Assembly: GCA_947442825.1 (NCBI GenBank)
Contig: CANEWU010000001.1
Coordinates: 1 to 62,671, forward strand
Direction: 5' to 3'
Length of the DNA stretch: 62,671 bases
Source: Synechococcaceae cyanobacterium
Lineage (GTDB): Bacteria; Cyanobacteriota; Cyanobacteriia; PCC-6307; Cyanobiaceae
Both the position numbers and the translations under genes were made by a program. Numbering within the stretch: position 1 is the first letter of the stretch; every line of letters begins with the position of its first letter. The notes beneath the pieces are model-generated. The model was not told where the DNA came from. It searched no databases and was given only the letters and a program-made list of their open reading frames with translations. Below, in pieces: positions 20,315 through 30,014 of the stretch.

Positions 20315-20475
20315 CAACGGCTGGTTCGGGCGTCGCAGGCATCGGCGCCCCAATCATCAGTGCCCCAACCATGGATGCGACGGATGGCGCCGGGCACTGC
20401 CGAGGGCCCTCCCCGCTCCGCGTCGCTCTGGATCAGACTCCCACCAACTCACCGGCCGCCGCGACCATCCCCGCG

Positions 20476-21024
20476 ATGTACCTCCACCCCACCCCTCCGC
20501 AGCCGCCCGCTTCCGCTCCGCCAGGCCGCCGCGCCTCCCTGCCAGAGCGCACCAGCCTGGTGGGCCTGGTGGTGGCCGCCACCCTTTGCTTTTTGTTGGC
20601 CCTGCCCGGCGGGGCCCTGGCGGCCATGGACTACGCAAAACAGGTGCTGATCGGCGCCGACTTCCACGGGGCCGATCTGCGGGGCGTCACCTTCAACCTC
20701 ACGAACCTGCGCGATGCCGATCTGCACGACGCCGATCTGCGCGACGCCAGCCTGTTTGGCGCCAAGTTGCAGGATGCCAATCTCTCCGGCACCGACCTGC
20801 GGGGCGCCACCCTCGATTCGGCGATCCTGCAGGGCACGGATCTGCGCAACGCCCGACTTGACGACGCCTTCGCCTTCAACACCCGCTTCCTCGACGTACT
20901 GATCGAAGGGGCTGATTTCAGCGGGGTTCCCCTGCGGGGCGACGCTCTCAAAAGCCTCTGCGCGGTGGCCTCCGGAACGAACCCCGTTAGCGGTAAGGAA
21001 ACCCGTGACACATTGGGCTGCTGA
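20476..21024 (+). CDS. Pentapeptide-repeat protein with signal peptide
   Basis: A(D/N)L repeats; C-terminal LC..ASGTNP...TLGC. Confidence 0.9.
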   Translation: MYLHPTPPQPPASAPPGRRASLPERTSLVGLVVAATLCFLLALPGGALAAMDYAKQVLIGADFHGADLRGVTFNLTNLRDADLHDADLRDASLFGAKLQDANLSGTDLRGATLDSAILQGTDLRNARLDDAFAFNTRFLDVLIEGADFSGVPLRGDALKSLCAVASGTNPVSGKETRDTLGC

Positions 21025-21039
21025 GTCCCTACGCCGCCG

Positions 21040-21417
21040 ATGAGCCTCGATCCCCGCAGCCGCGAACGCCTGGAGGCCCTGGGCCGCCGCCTCCCCCAGC
21101 CCCTGCCGGCCCCCGCCGCGAAGCCCGCCGCCGCGCCGCGCCATCGCCTCGAAGTCGAGCAGGATCCGGAACAACTCTTTCGCGAACTGATGGCCGCCAG
21201 TCCGGACGGCAGCGTGCCGCCCCACCACCTGGAGCGCCTGCGCCAGCTCGAGGGGCAACGCAGCGTCTCCCCACCGGAGCCGGCAGCCCCAGGGCCAGGA
21301 ACTCGGCAATCCCGACCCCCGAGGGGCCGCCGCCAAAGCGTCACCAGCTCCACTGGAGACGGAGATCTCTACGCCACGTTCGCCCAGTTGCTGCTTGAGC
21401 AGGAAGGGGACGACTGA
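21040..21417 (+). CDS. Conserved hypothetical protein
   Basis: DPEQLFRELMAASPDGSVPPH, LYATFAQLLLE; gene-like codon usage. Confidence 0.7.
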   Translation: MSLDPRSRERLEALGRRLPQPLPAPAAKPAAAPRHRLEVEQDPEQLFRELMAASPDGSVPPHHLERLRQLEGQRSVSPPEPAAPGPGTRQSRPPRGRRQSVTSSTGDGDLYATFAQLLLEQEGDD

Positions 21418-21441
21418 TCGCAGGCTGGTTTTGTCTCCAGC

Positions 21442-21972
21442 TCAGCCGCGGCGGAAATGACGGCGCAGCTGGGCGCCCCAGTCGCCCGGTCGGTCGCCCG
21501 GGCGCAGATCGGCGCGGAACATCGAGGCGGCCAGGGGCACCCCCCCCCGCCGCAGTGCGCCACCCAGGTGCAGGAGCACGGCCAGCCCCATCACCACCCA
21601 TCCGCCCAGGTGCAGGCCGTAGACCAGGCCGCCGGTTGCCCCGTTGCGCACCTCGTCCTCCGCCATCAGCAGACCGGAGCCCACGGAGAGCAGCAGGGCC
21701 AGCAGGGGCAGCAGATTGGCGGCCTTACGCAGCCGCGCCCGGCCGACGGTGAGCGCGTAGGGCACGAACAGGGTGACCAGCAACACCAGGGGCACACCGA
21801 GGCTGCCGTGGACGTCGATCCAGTCGACGACGACGAAGTCGGCGGGGAGCTGGAACCAGCGCCCGTCGTGGATCCCCAGGATCAGCAGGCCCGTGAGCCA
21901 CAGGCCCGCCACCAGCAGGGCGGTGGGGAGGTGGAGCAGGCGAAGCAGGGCAGGTTGGTAGGGACGGGCCAT
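21442..21972 (-). CDS. Cytochrome b/b6-domain membrane protein
   Basis: Four TM helices each with His (RLLH, DVHG, GLHL, LLHL). Confidence 0.75.
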   Translation of the reverse strand: MARPYQPALLRLLHLPTALLVAGLWLTGLLILGIHDGRWFQLPADFVVVDWIDVHGSLGVPLVLLVTLFVPYALTVGRARLRKAANLLPLLALLLSVGSGLLMAEDEVRNGATGGLVYGLHLGGWVVMGLAVLLHLGGALRRGGVPLAASMFRADLRPGDRPGDWGAQLRRHFRRG

Positions 21973-22006
21973 GGCAGGACGGAGCGAGGGCAGGGGAGCG
22001 GCCGCC

Positions 22007-22972
22007 TCAGGGGGCGGCAGTCTCAGGGGGCGGTTCGAGCTGGATCGTGGTGTGGGCAATTCCTAGCCGCGCCAGCCGCCCCTTGGCTTGGTGCAGCAGT
22101 TCCATATCGTCGACGCCGATCCGGTGCCGCTTCAGATGGGCGGTGAGGGCATTCTGGGAGGTGCTCATCGCCCAGATGTGCAGATGGTGCACATCCACCA
22201 CCCCCGGCAGACTCCGTAAGGCGGCCTCCACCTCATGGGGATCGATGCCGGAGGGCACCCCATCGAGGGCAATCCTCAGGGATTCGCGCAGCAGGCTCCA
22301 GCCGCTGGCCGCCACCGCCAGTCCCACACCGATCGCGGTGAGTGCGTCGAGCGAGTTCCAGCCGGTGACACTCACCAGCAGAACGCTGGCGAGAACTGCG
22401 GCGGACACGGCGGCATCGGTGAGCAGGTGCACCACCGCCGCCCGCCGGTTGAGATCGTGGGGCTGGCCATGGCCGAACAGCCGTGCCGACAGCAGATTCA
22501 CCACGATGCCTGCGGTGGCCGCCGCCGCCACCGGAGCGCTCACCATCGGCACCGGCTCCCGCAGCCGTTGCAGCCCCTCCACCACCAGCACGGCCGCCGC
22601 CATCAGGATCAACACCGCATTGAGCAACGAGGCCAGCTGGGTGCCCCGGCCGAAGCCATAGGTGAAGCGGGTGGTGGCCGGCCGGGTGCTGAGCCGCTCG
22701 GCCCCCCAGCCCAGCAGCAGGCCCGCCACATCGCCAAGGTTGTGGATGGCGTCGCCGATCAGGGCGAGGGAGCCGAAGGCCATTCCGATCGCCAGTTGCA
22801 GGCCGGAAAGGCCGCTGTTGAGAACGATGCTCCAGCGAAATGCGGCAGGGGAACCGGCGCGATGTTCGTGCTGGTGGCGATGGGAGCGGCGCTGCTCCGC
22901 CACGGCGGGATGCTCCGGCCCGGCGAGCGGCTCGGACGACCGCGCGGAACGGGACGAGAAGGGAGGCTCCAT
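22007..22972 (-). CDS. Cation diffusion facilitator transporter (CzcD-like)
   Basis: His-rich N-terminus, SLALIGDAIHNLGD, HLLTD, VHHLHIWAMS, HTTIQLE. Confidence 0.9.
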   Translation of the reverse strand: MEPPFSSRSARSSEPLAGPEHPAVAEQRRSHRHQHEHRAGSPAAFRWSIVLNSGLSGLQLAIGMAFGSLALIGDAIHNLGDVAGLLLGWGAERLSTRPATTRFTYGFGRGTQLASLLNAVLILMAAAVLVVEGLQRLREPVPMVSAPVAAAATAGIVVNLLSARLFGHGQPHDLNRRAAVVHLLTDAAVSAAVLASVLLVSVTGWNSLDALTAIGVGLAVAASGWSLLRESLRIALDGVPSGIDPHEVEAALRSLPGVVDVHHLHIWAMSTSQNALTAHLKRHRIGVDDMELLHQAKGRLARLGIAHTTIQLEPPPETAAP

Positions 22973-23048
22973 AGACCCGATAGAGGGGCGGCTCTGCCAT
23001 CCCGATTGTGCCCGCCACACCGGGGGCGCACCCGAACCCTTATCGCAG

Positions 23049-23064
23049 TAGTACACATGAACTA
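23049..23064 (+). promoter_or_regulatory. Cyanobacterial LexA (SOS) box upstream of umuC
   Basis: TAGTACACATGAACTA, near-palindromic match to AGTAC-N4-GTACT in an AT-rich patch 25 nt before the start. Confidence 0.8.
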
Positions 23065-23089
23065 GCATGGGAGGCCGTGCGCGCCCGCC

Positions 23090-24409
23090 GTGCCCCCTCT
23101 CGCCCCGCCCTCGCGGGCGGCCTTCGTGCTGGTCGATGCCAACAACTTCTATGCCTCCTGCGAGGCCGTTCTCGACCCCTCCCTGCGCCGCCGGCCGCTC
23201 GTCGTTCTCTCCAACAACGACGGCTGCATCGTGGCCCGCAGCGCCGAGGCCCGCGCCTTGGGCATCGCCATGGGCACCCCCTACTTCCAGGCCCGAGGCA
23301 CGCTCGAGCGCCACGGCGTGCAGGTGCGCAGCTCCAACTACGCCCTCTACGCCGACATGAGCCAGCGGCTGATGGCCACCCTGGAGCACTGGCTGGAGGA
23401 GCTGGAGATCTATTCGATCGACGAAGCCTTCGGCCGGCTGCGCCGCCCCCGCTCCGCCCACGGCACCTCCGCGGATCTGAGCAGCTGGGGGGAGGCGCTG
23501 CGCGCCGCCGTACGGCGCGACCTGGGGCTGCCGGTGGCGGTGGGGATCGCCCCCACAAAAGTGCTCGCCAAGCTGGCCAACCGCATCGCCAAGCACCATC
23601 CCGAGCGGCGGTGGCAGGGGGTCTTCGATCTGGGGGCCGTGGACGACCCCGATCCCTGGCTGGAGGCGGTCGCGGTGGAGGAGGTCTGGGGAATCGGCCG
23701 CAAGTTGGCCCGCTGGTGCCGGTTGCGCGGCGTCCGCACCGCCCGCGAGCTGCGCGATCTGCCCGCCGGTGAGCTGCGCCAGCGCTGCGGCGTGGTGGGC
23801 CTGCGGCTGCAGCGGGAATTGCAGGGATGGAGCTGCCTGCCCCTGGTGCGGCTGCCACCGGCCCGTCAGGAAACCTGCGTGAGCCGCAGCTTCCGCCAGC
23901 CGCTGCGCAGCGCCCAGGAACTGCGCGAGGCGGTGGCCACCTACCTCAGCCGGGCCGCCGAGAAGCTGCGTCGCCAGCGACAACGCGCCGGCACCATCAC
24001 CGTCTTCGTGCGCACCAGCCCCTTCGACGGCCGGCCCTTCTACAGCAACGCCGCCACCGTGCACCTGGCCGTGCCCAGCGACGACACCGCGGTGCTGTTG
24101 GCCGCCGCCCTGCCCTTGGTGGAGCGGCTGTTCCGCCCCCACCGCCCCCTGCAGAAGGCCGGCGTGCTCCTGCAACATCTGCAATCACGGGAGATGCTGC
24201 AGCACCACCTGCTGGTGCCCCGCAGCGAGGCCGAGCAGCACCGCCGCGCCGCCCTGATGGCGGTGGTCGACGCCCTCAACCATCGCTACGGCCGCGGCAC
24301 GGTGCAGTGGGCGGTCTGCGGCCTGCAACCGGGCTGGACCATGCGTCGCTCTCGCCTGTCGCGCTCAGCAACCACCCGGCTGGAGGAGCTGCCGGTGGCC
24401 CGCGCCTGA
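23090..24409 (+). CDS. umuC: Y-family translesion DNA polymerase V catalytic subunit
   Basis: LVDANNFYASCE, VLSNNDGC, SSNYALYADMS, YSIDEAF, SRSF. Confidence 0.92.
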   Translation: MPPLAPPSRAAFVLVDANNFYASCEAVLDPSLRRRPLVVLSNNDGCIVARSAEARALGIAMGTPYFQARGTLERHGVQVRSSNYALYADMSQRLMATLEHWLEELEIYSIDEAFGRLRRPRSAHGTSADLSSWGEALRAAVRRDLGLPVAVGIAPTKVLAKLANRIAKHHPERRWQGVFDLGAVDDPDPWLEAVAVEEVWGIGRKLARWCRLRGVRTARELRDLPAGELRQRCGVVGLRLQRELQGWSCLPLVRLPPARQETCVSRSFRQPLRSAQELREAVATYLSRAAEKLRRQRQRAGTITVFVRTSPFDGRPFYSNAATVHLAVPSDDTAVLLAAALPLVERLFRPHRPLQKAGVLLQHLQSREMLQHHLLVPRSEAEQHRRAALMAVVDALNHRYGRGTVQWAVCGLQPGWTMRRSRLSRSATTRLEELPVARA

Positions 24410-24416
24410 GGGGGCC

Positions 24417-25271
24417 TCAGGCGTCGCCAGTACCGGCGGGGGGATCCTGCGGCGGCTGACCATCTTCCTCATCGCTGAGGGTGGTGATCCACTGCTCACT
24501 GATCGGGCCACGTTCCCGGGAACCCTTACGGCTGCTGCCCAGTCGGTCGCGCAACTCCTCTGGAAGCCAGAGGGACATCTGCAGCAGCGTCGGCATGTCG
24601 TCGCCGGTGCGACCGATGGCAGCGAAACCGATGGCGTAGCCCAGGGAGGTGATGCCATCGAAGATGAAGAGCCGCAGGGCCGCCTGGAGACGGTCATTGC
24701 GCGCCTGCAGAGCTCGGGTTTCCAGGGAACGCATCTGGGGGCGGATCTGGTTGAGCAGGATGGTGCGCACCTCGGAGATCGGCCGGGTGAAGTTGCCACG
24801 GAAATCGGGGGGCAGACCCGGCAACTGGGCGATGGCCTGGTTCAGGGCTTCCTGGGTCGGGGCCTTCTCGATCGCCAGGGCCACCCGCTGAATCTCGCGC
24901 AACTGGCGAGCCTCGCCGCTGGAGGCCCTGCCCATCTGGGTCATGCCGGCGCTGATCTGGAGGGGGATGAGCAGAAGAAAACCCAGGGACGCGGCCATGG
25001 CCAGCCGTCGGACCAACGTCAACCGCCGCTCCAGGGCCTCAGCTTCAGGGTCGAAGCGTTGGGCGAAGACCAGCAGCGCCACAGCCACCAGCGGCACCGA
25101 GGCCGTACCCCGCAGGGAATCGCCGAACTGCAGCTGCCAGGTCGGCTGCACGAGAGCGGGGGGCAGGAGCACCTTCATCTGAATCGCCAGGAATGCCACC
25201 AGCATTCCCACGGCAACGCCCTGACACACCCCCGCTAGATCGAGATCCTCAGGGGGGAAAGACGACCGCAT
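24417..25271 (-). CDS. HpsJ-like membrane protein
   Basis: Three N-terminal TMs with WQL and GFLLLIPL, soluble helical region, fourth TM. Confidence 0.65.
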   Translation of the reverse strand: MRSSFPPEDLDLAGVCQGVAVGMLVAFLAIQMKVLLPPALVQPTWQLQFGDSLRGTASVPLVAVALLVFAQRFDPEAEALERRLTLVRRLAMAASLGFLLLIPLQISAGMTQMGRASSGEARQLREIQRVALAIEKAPTQEALNQAIAQLPGLPPDFRGNFTRPISEVRTILLNQIRPQMRSLETRALQARNDRLQAALRLFIFDGITSLGYAIGFAAIGRTGDDMPTLLQMSLWLPEELRDRLGSSRKGSRERGPISEQWITTLSDEEDGQPPQDPPAGTGDA

Positions 25272-25387
25272 TGAACAAAAAAAACGAAGCGGCGCTCAGC
25301 GTGAACCAACGGGCTGAAGCGGTCGAGGTGTGGGGCACGCTTCGGGCATTGGCACAGAGCAGGCGCGGATGGGGCCGGTCGCCGCGC

Positions 25388-26383
25388 TCACAGGCCTTCC
25401 AGGAGGCTGGCGATCTGGTTGCGGCCGTTGCCCTTGGCCAGCTGCAGGGCGCTCTCGGCCCGCAGCAACAGGTCGGTGAAGCGGCGATCGTGGGCAGCCA
25501 TGGCAGTGAGGCCACCGCTGAGGTGCAATTGCCAATCGGAATGGGTCCAGATCCCCCCCATCGCGCGGGCAGCCTGCCGCAGGGCCTCCGCCTGGGCCAT
25601 CGCCGCCTCCGGGTCGAGATCCACCAGCAGAAGGGCGAAGGCGCTATCGCCAAGGCGGGCGGCGAAATCCTGTTCACGCAGGAACCCCCGCCCCAGATGC
25701 ACCAGGTCGGCGAGCAGCCGGTCGCCGGCCTCATGCCCCCAGCGGCTGTTGACCTGCCGCAGGTTGTCGATATCGAGCAGGAGCAGGGAGAGGGGATGGC
25801 CTGAGGAACGGGCACGAGCGAACTCACGGTCACCAATCGCCAGAAGGCTCTGGCGAGTGGGAAGGCCGGTTACAGGGCAGAAACTCGCCAGACGGCGCAG
25901 GTCGATTTCGCGCATCACCAGCTCCGCCAGGAGCTGGAGTTGGTGGATCTGGGCCGGGGTGGGATCGTGAATTTCCTGGTCGATCACGCAAAGGGTGCCG
26001 AGGTTGTGGCCTTCGCTGCTGCGCAACAGCGCCCCGGCATAAAAGCGGATGTGGGGGCCACCGGTGACCAGGGGATTGCCAGCAAAGCGCTCATCGAGCT
26101 GGGCATCGGGCACCACCAGCGGCCCGTCGCCCGCGATGGTGTGGGCGCAGAACGCCTGATCCCGTGGCGTTTCGCAGACATCGAGGCCGCGATGGCTGAG
26201 AAACCACTGGCGATCGCCCTCCACCAGGGAGATCACGGCGATCGGGGCATGGAAAATCGAGCGGGCCAGTTCGACGATGCGCTCAAAGTGCTCATCGCTG
26301 GCGATGCCGATCACGCCGTGACGTTCGAGATCGCGCAGCCGCTGCTCTTCATCGGCGGGAATCGGATAGGCGGGATAGGCCAC
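25388..26383 (-). CDS. GAF + degenerate GGDEF domain protein (start uncertain)
   Basis: GAF (PHIRFYAGA, GTLCVID); GGDEF fold (LLDIDN..VNSRWGHEAGD) with GDSAF in place of GGDEF. Confidence 0.88.
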   Translation of the reverse strand: MAYPAYPIPADEEQRLRDLERHGVIGIASDEHFERIVELARSIFHAPIAVISLVEGDRQWFLSHRGLDVCETPRDQAFCAHTIAGDGPLVVPDAQLDERFAGNPLVTGGPHIRFYAGALLRSSEGHNLGTLCVIDQEIHDPTPAQIHQLQLLAELVMREIDLRRLASFCPVTGLPTRQSLLAIGDREFARARSSGHPLSLLLLDIDNLRQVNSRWGHEAGDRLLADLVHLGRGFLREQDFAARLGDSAFALLLVDLDPEAAMAQAEALRQAARAMGGIWTHSDWQLHLSGGLTAMAAHDRRFTDLLLRAESALQLAKGNGRNQIASLLEGL

Positions 26384-26487
26384 CAACGCCGGCTCTGCGG
26401 GAAGAGTGAAGCCTAGGAGCGGCAGGTCCGGGCGCAGGCATTCCCTTCCGAAATGGGGCGGCCTGGCCCACGAAACCGCCCGTTGCG

Positions 26488-28536
26488 TCAAGCCGCCCGT
26501 TCGCCGTAGCCAGAGCAGCGGCGCTGATCGAGTTCGCTCAGATGGCGTCGCTCGGCGTAGTACGACTCCTGGAAGCGCAGGGCGTCGGCGTTGAGCTGGG
26601 CGAACAGGGCCTCGATCCGCTCCTCCATATCGAGGGCAACGGGCGGCGCTTCAGTGATCTCCCCCTGCAGAAGTTGGGCGATGCAGTGCTCCAGGGTGCG
26701 CAGGTTCTGGCTGCGCCATGCATCCAGCAGGTGACGACAGCGCTTCTCCGTGGCGAGGCGGGACCGCAGGGCGATGGCACCGCGCAGCTGGAGCAGGGGC
26801 TGCTCCAGGGAGAGGCGTTGCAGCTCACTGGGCTGGAGCAGGGGAACCAGGCGCGCCTGCAGATCGCTTTCCTCCAGCAACAGGCGGTCGGAGAGGAGGC
26901 GGGGCAGGTCGAGGTCGGCCAGTTCCTCGCCGGGATCCTCGCCGCGGTTGACGGCCTCCAGGCGTCCCACCCCGAGGTTGTCCTCCTCGATCTCACTGAG
27001 GGAGGCCCAGAGGCGCCGGTGGTGGCGCAGGGCGAAATCCTCCTGCTCCCACTCGCGCAGCCAGCGCCGGATCTGCGGCCGTTGGCCGGGGCAGTGCAGG
27101 TACAGGCGCAGCACCTCGGCTTCCGCCCGCTCCTGCACGGAGGTGGCGCCCGGGGGATCCCAGCGGGTGGCGCGGCCATGCCAGCGCTGCCCCTTCACCT
27201 GCTGGCGCAGGTCGTCCTCAAGCTGGCGGGCCAGGCGCGCCTGGCCTCCGGCGAGCCGCTCCGACACCTGCTGCAGGTAGCGACTGCGCACGGCGCTCTG
27301 GGGCAACCGCGCCAGCAGGGCCACCAGGGCGGTGACCGCGTGTTGAAACTGGTCGGCCTGGGCCAGGTCGCGGCCGGCGAGCACCTGCTCGATCTGCCAG
27401 TCCAGCCAGAGCGGGGCCTGGTCCAGCAGGGCGCGGTAGTCGCCGGGGCCGTGCTCGCGCAGGAATTCGTCGGGGTCCTTGCCGGAGGGAAGATGCAGCA
27501 CGCGCAGCTCCAGCTGGCCCTGGAGCGCCAGCTGCTCCACCTCGCCGATGGCCCGCTGGGCCGCACGCACGCCAGCGCCGTCGCTGTCGAAGTTGAGGAT
27601 CAAGCGCCGGCTGTCGCAGCAGCGGCAGATCTGGGTGATCTGGCGGCCGCTCAATGCGGTGCCCAGGGCGGCCACCGCATTGCCGATACCGGCCGCGTGC
27701 AGGGCGATCACATCGAAATACCCCTCCACCACCACGGCCCGGTCGGCGCGGCGGATGGCGTCAGCGGCCCGATCGAGACCGAAGAGATGCTTGCCCTTCT
27801 CAAACACCTCCGTTTCCGGGGAGTTGAGGTACTTGGGCTCCCCCCCATCCAGCGCCCGGCCGCCGAAGGCGATCACGCGCCCCTGGCGGTCGCGGATCGG
27901 CACCATCACCCGGTGACGGAAGCGGTCGTAGAAGCCGGTTCCGCCCTTGCGGGGCACCACCAGGCCGGCGGCCTCCAGCACCTGGGGGGCCAAACCTTCC
28001 ACCTGCTGCAGATGGCGCAGCAGGCCATCCCAGGCCTCGGGGGCATACCCGAGGCCGAAGCCCTCGATCGTGGCCTCGCTCAGGCCCCGCGAGTCCCGCA
28101 GATAGGCCAGGGCCGCGGCGCCCTCCGGGGCACGGAGCTGGGCACGGAACCAGCCGGCCGCCAGGTTGAGCACCCGGTGCAGCTGCTCGCGGCGGCTCAG
28201 CTGCTGGCGCAGGCGTTCCTGCTGCGGCCCCTCCATGGTGTCGACCGGCACCTGATAGCGGCGCGCCAGCTCCAGCACCACCTCGCTGAAGCTGGTGCGC
28301 TGCAGCTCCATCAGGAACTTGATCGCATTGCCGCCGGCCCCGCAGGAAAAGCAGTAGTAGAACTGCTTGGCCGGCGAGACCGTCATCGACGGCGAGCTGT
28401 CGTCGTGGAAGGGGCAGATGCCCACGAACTCCCGCCCTTTTTTCTTGAGCACCACGTGCTCCCCCACCACGTCGACGATGTCGGCGCGCTCCTTGACGGC
28501 CTCGATCGTGCGCGGGTGGAGGCGAGGCTGGACCAA
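26488..28536 (-). CDS. dnaG: DNA primase
   Basis: CPFHDD...CFSC zinc finger, DRFRHR, PKYLNSPET, VVVEGYFD, KDPDE. Confidence 0.96.
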   Translation of the reverse strand: MVQPRLHPRTIEAVKERADIVDVVGEHVVLKKKGREFVGICPFHDDSSPSMTVSPAKQFYYCFSCGAGGNAIKFLMELQRTSFSEVVLELARRYQVPVDTMEGPQQERLRQQLSRREQLHRVLNLAAGWFRAQLRAPEGAAALAYLRDSRGLSEATIEGFGLGYAPEAWDGLLRHLQQVEGLAPQVLEAAGLVVPRKGGTGFYDRFRHRVMVPIRDRQGRVIAFGGRALDGGEPKYLNSPETEVFEKGKHLFGLDRAADAIRRADRAVVVEGYFDVIALHAAGIGNAVAALGTALSGRQITQICRCCDSRRLILNFDSDGAGVRAAQRAIGEVEQLALQGQLELRVLHLPSGKDPDEFLREHGPGDYRALLDQAPLWLDWQIEQVLAGRDLAQADQFQHAVTALVALLARLPQSAVRSRYLQQVSERLAGGQARLARQLEDDLRQQVKGQRWHGRATRWDPPGATSVQERAEAEVLRLYLHCPGQRPQIRRWLREWEQEDFALRHHRRLWASLSEIEEDNLGVGRLEAVNRGEDPGEELADLDLPRLLSDRLLLEESDLQARLVPLLQPSELQRLSLEQPLLQLRGAIALRSRLATEKRCRHLLDAWRSQNLRTLEHCIAQLLQGEITEAPPVALDMEERIEALFAQLNADALRFQESYYAERRHLSELDQRRCSGYGERAA

Positions 28537-28677
28537 AGCGAGAAGGATGGGGTGAGGAGAGGGGCGGACGCCGGCAAGGTCAGAAGCAGGAGCCGGCCCT
28601 ACCCCTGGTGGCGGATACGGCCCCATTGTGGGCCATGGCACCAGGGATGGGGAGAGGAGCCTCAAGCCGTGCTGTGG

Positions 28678-29547
28678 ATGCTCTCCAGCGCCCTGAGCTT
28701 CAGCCTGATGGTGGTGTGTGTGCGGGCGGTGGGAACGCGCATCCCCCTGGCGGAGGTGGTGCTGGTGCGGGCGGTGGTGAGCGTGGCGCTGAGCGCAGCG
28801 CTGCTCTGGCGGGCCCGGGTGCCGCCCCTGGGAAACCGCCGCGGACTGCTGATGCTGCGGGGCACGCTGGGCACCGCTGCCCTGTTGTGCGTCTACACGG
28901 CGGTGACCCGCTTGCCGATGGCCACCGCCACGGTGTTGCAGTACGTCTACCCCCCACTCACGGCGGTGCTGGCATGGCTGCTGCTCGGCGAGCGGGTTGG
29001 AACCACCCTCGGGCTGGCGATGGTCTGCGGCTGGGTCGGGGTGCTGGTGATCGCCCTGCCCGGCCCAACCCCCGCCGGCGCGCTCGATCCCCTCGGGCTG
29101 GTGCTGGCCCTGGCGGGCGCGCTACTCACCGCCCTGGCCTACATCGCCGTGCGGCAGCTGGGACGCAGCGAACACCCCCTGGTGATCGTTCTGTATTTCC
29201 CCTTGATGGCCGTGCCCCTCACCTTGCCGGCGGTGCTGCTGGCGCCGGTGTGGCCCACGGCACGGGAGGCGCTCTGGTTGCTGGGGGTGGGCCTGTTCAC
29301 GCAGCTGGGGCAGATCGGTCTGACCCAGGGGCTGACGAGGCTGCCAGCGGCACGGGCCACGGCCCTGAGCTACGCCCAGGTGCTGTTCGCCGCGCTGTGG
29401 GGTTGGCTGTTCTTCGGGGAGAGCCTCGACACACGCACGGGGATCGGCGCCGCCCTGGTGCTTGCCGCTACGGGCCTCACCCGGCCGGGGCCCCCGCCCG
29501 GGGAAGCGGGGAGCGCCGCTCGCCCGGTAAAGGGAGGGGATAGGTGA
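28678..29547 (+). CDS. DMT/EamA family transporter
   Basis: About 10 TMs in two EamA repeats, LLGER motif. Confidence 0.85.
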   Translation: MLSSALSFSLMVVCVRAVGTRIPLAEVVLVRAVVSVALSAALLWRARVPPLGNRRGLLMLRGTLGTAALLCVYTAVTRLPMATATVLQYVYPPLTAVLAWLLLGERVGTTLGLAMVCGWVGVLVIALPGPTPAGALDPLGLVLALAGALLTALAYIAVRQLGRSEHPLVIVLYFPLMAVPLTLPAVLLAPVWPTAREALWLLGVGLFTQLGQIGLTQGLTRLPAARATALSYAQVLFAALWGWLFFGESLDTRTGIGAALVLAATGLTRPGPPPGEAGSAARPVKGGDR

Positions 29548-29992
29548 ACCAGTCGGGTTCGGGGCCCTCGGCGCGGAGGCTGGGCTGAGCCAAGCGCCAG
29601 CTCTCCCCCCGCTCGCCCCTTTGCAGATAGAGGGTGAAGGGGCTATCGACGCGGATCGGATCGCCGCTGAGCCGCCAGTCGAAGCGACCGGCGAGGCGCA
29701 AGCCGCGCGCCTCGCCGATGCGCAGCGACTCCTGCTCCTCCACCCTTACCCGACTCACCTCAGGGATGCCGCCGCTGGCGAGGCCGAGGGCGCCGGCCAC
29801 CTGCTCCTGGGTGAGGCGGATCTGCAGGGCCAGGGCATCGAGCAACACCCGCTGCGAGGGCTGCCCCGGCCCGCCACATCCACTCAATCCGAGGGGCAGC
29901 AACAGGGCCGCCACCAGGGCCAGGGCAGCACAGGCACGGCGGAGCGGGGCCCAGCGGAGGGCAATCGCTGGGGTTGGCAGGGGGGGCAGCAT
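29477..29992 (-). CDS. Hypothetical lipoprotein
   Basis: Signal peptide with lipobox LSGC. Confidence 0.65.
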   Translation of the reverse strand: MLPPLPTPAIALRWAPLRRACAALALVAALLLPLGLSGCGGPGQPSQRVLLDALALQIRLTQEQVAGALGLASGGIPEVSRVRVEEQESLRIGEARGLRLAGRFDWRLSGDPIRVDSPFTLYLQRGERGESWRLAQPSLRAEGPEPDWFTYPLPLPGERRSPLPRAGAPAG

Positions 29993-30014
29993 GGGGACCG
30001 ACGGAGATGGGTCC

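Noticed and set aside
20620-20900. 15-bp periodic DNA
   Set aside because: Explained by pentapeptide-repeat coding.
22973-24184. Long N-terminal extension of the CDF ORF (725 aa)
   Set aside because: Antisense to umuC; stop-poor because of high GC.
25272-25387. Possible c-di-GMP riboswitch upstream of the HpsJ-like gene
   Set aside because: Only a weak stem and a T8 tract; no recognisable class I or II consensus.
26542-28677. 1001-aa plus-strand ORF
   Set aside because: Antisense shadow of dnaG; only the DMT portion from about 28678 looks like a real gene.
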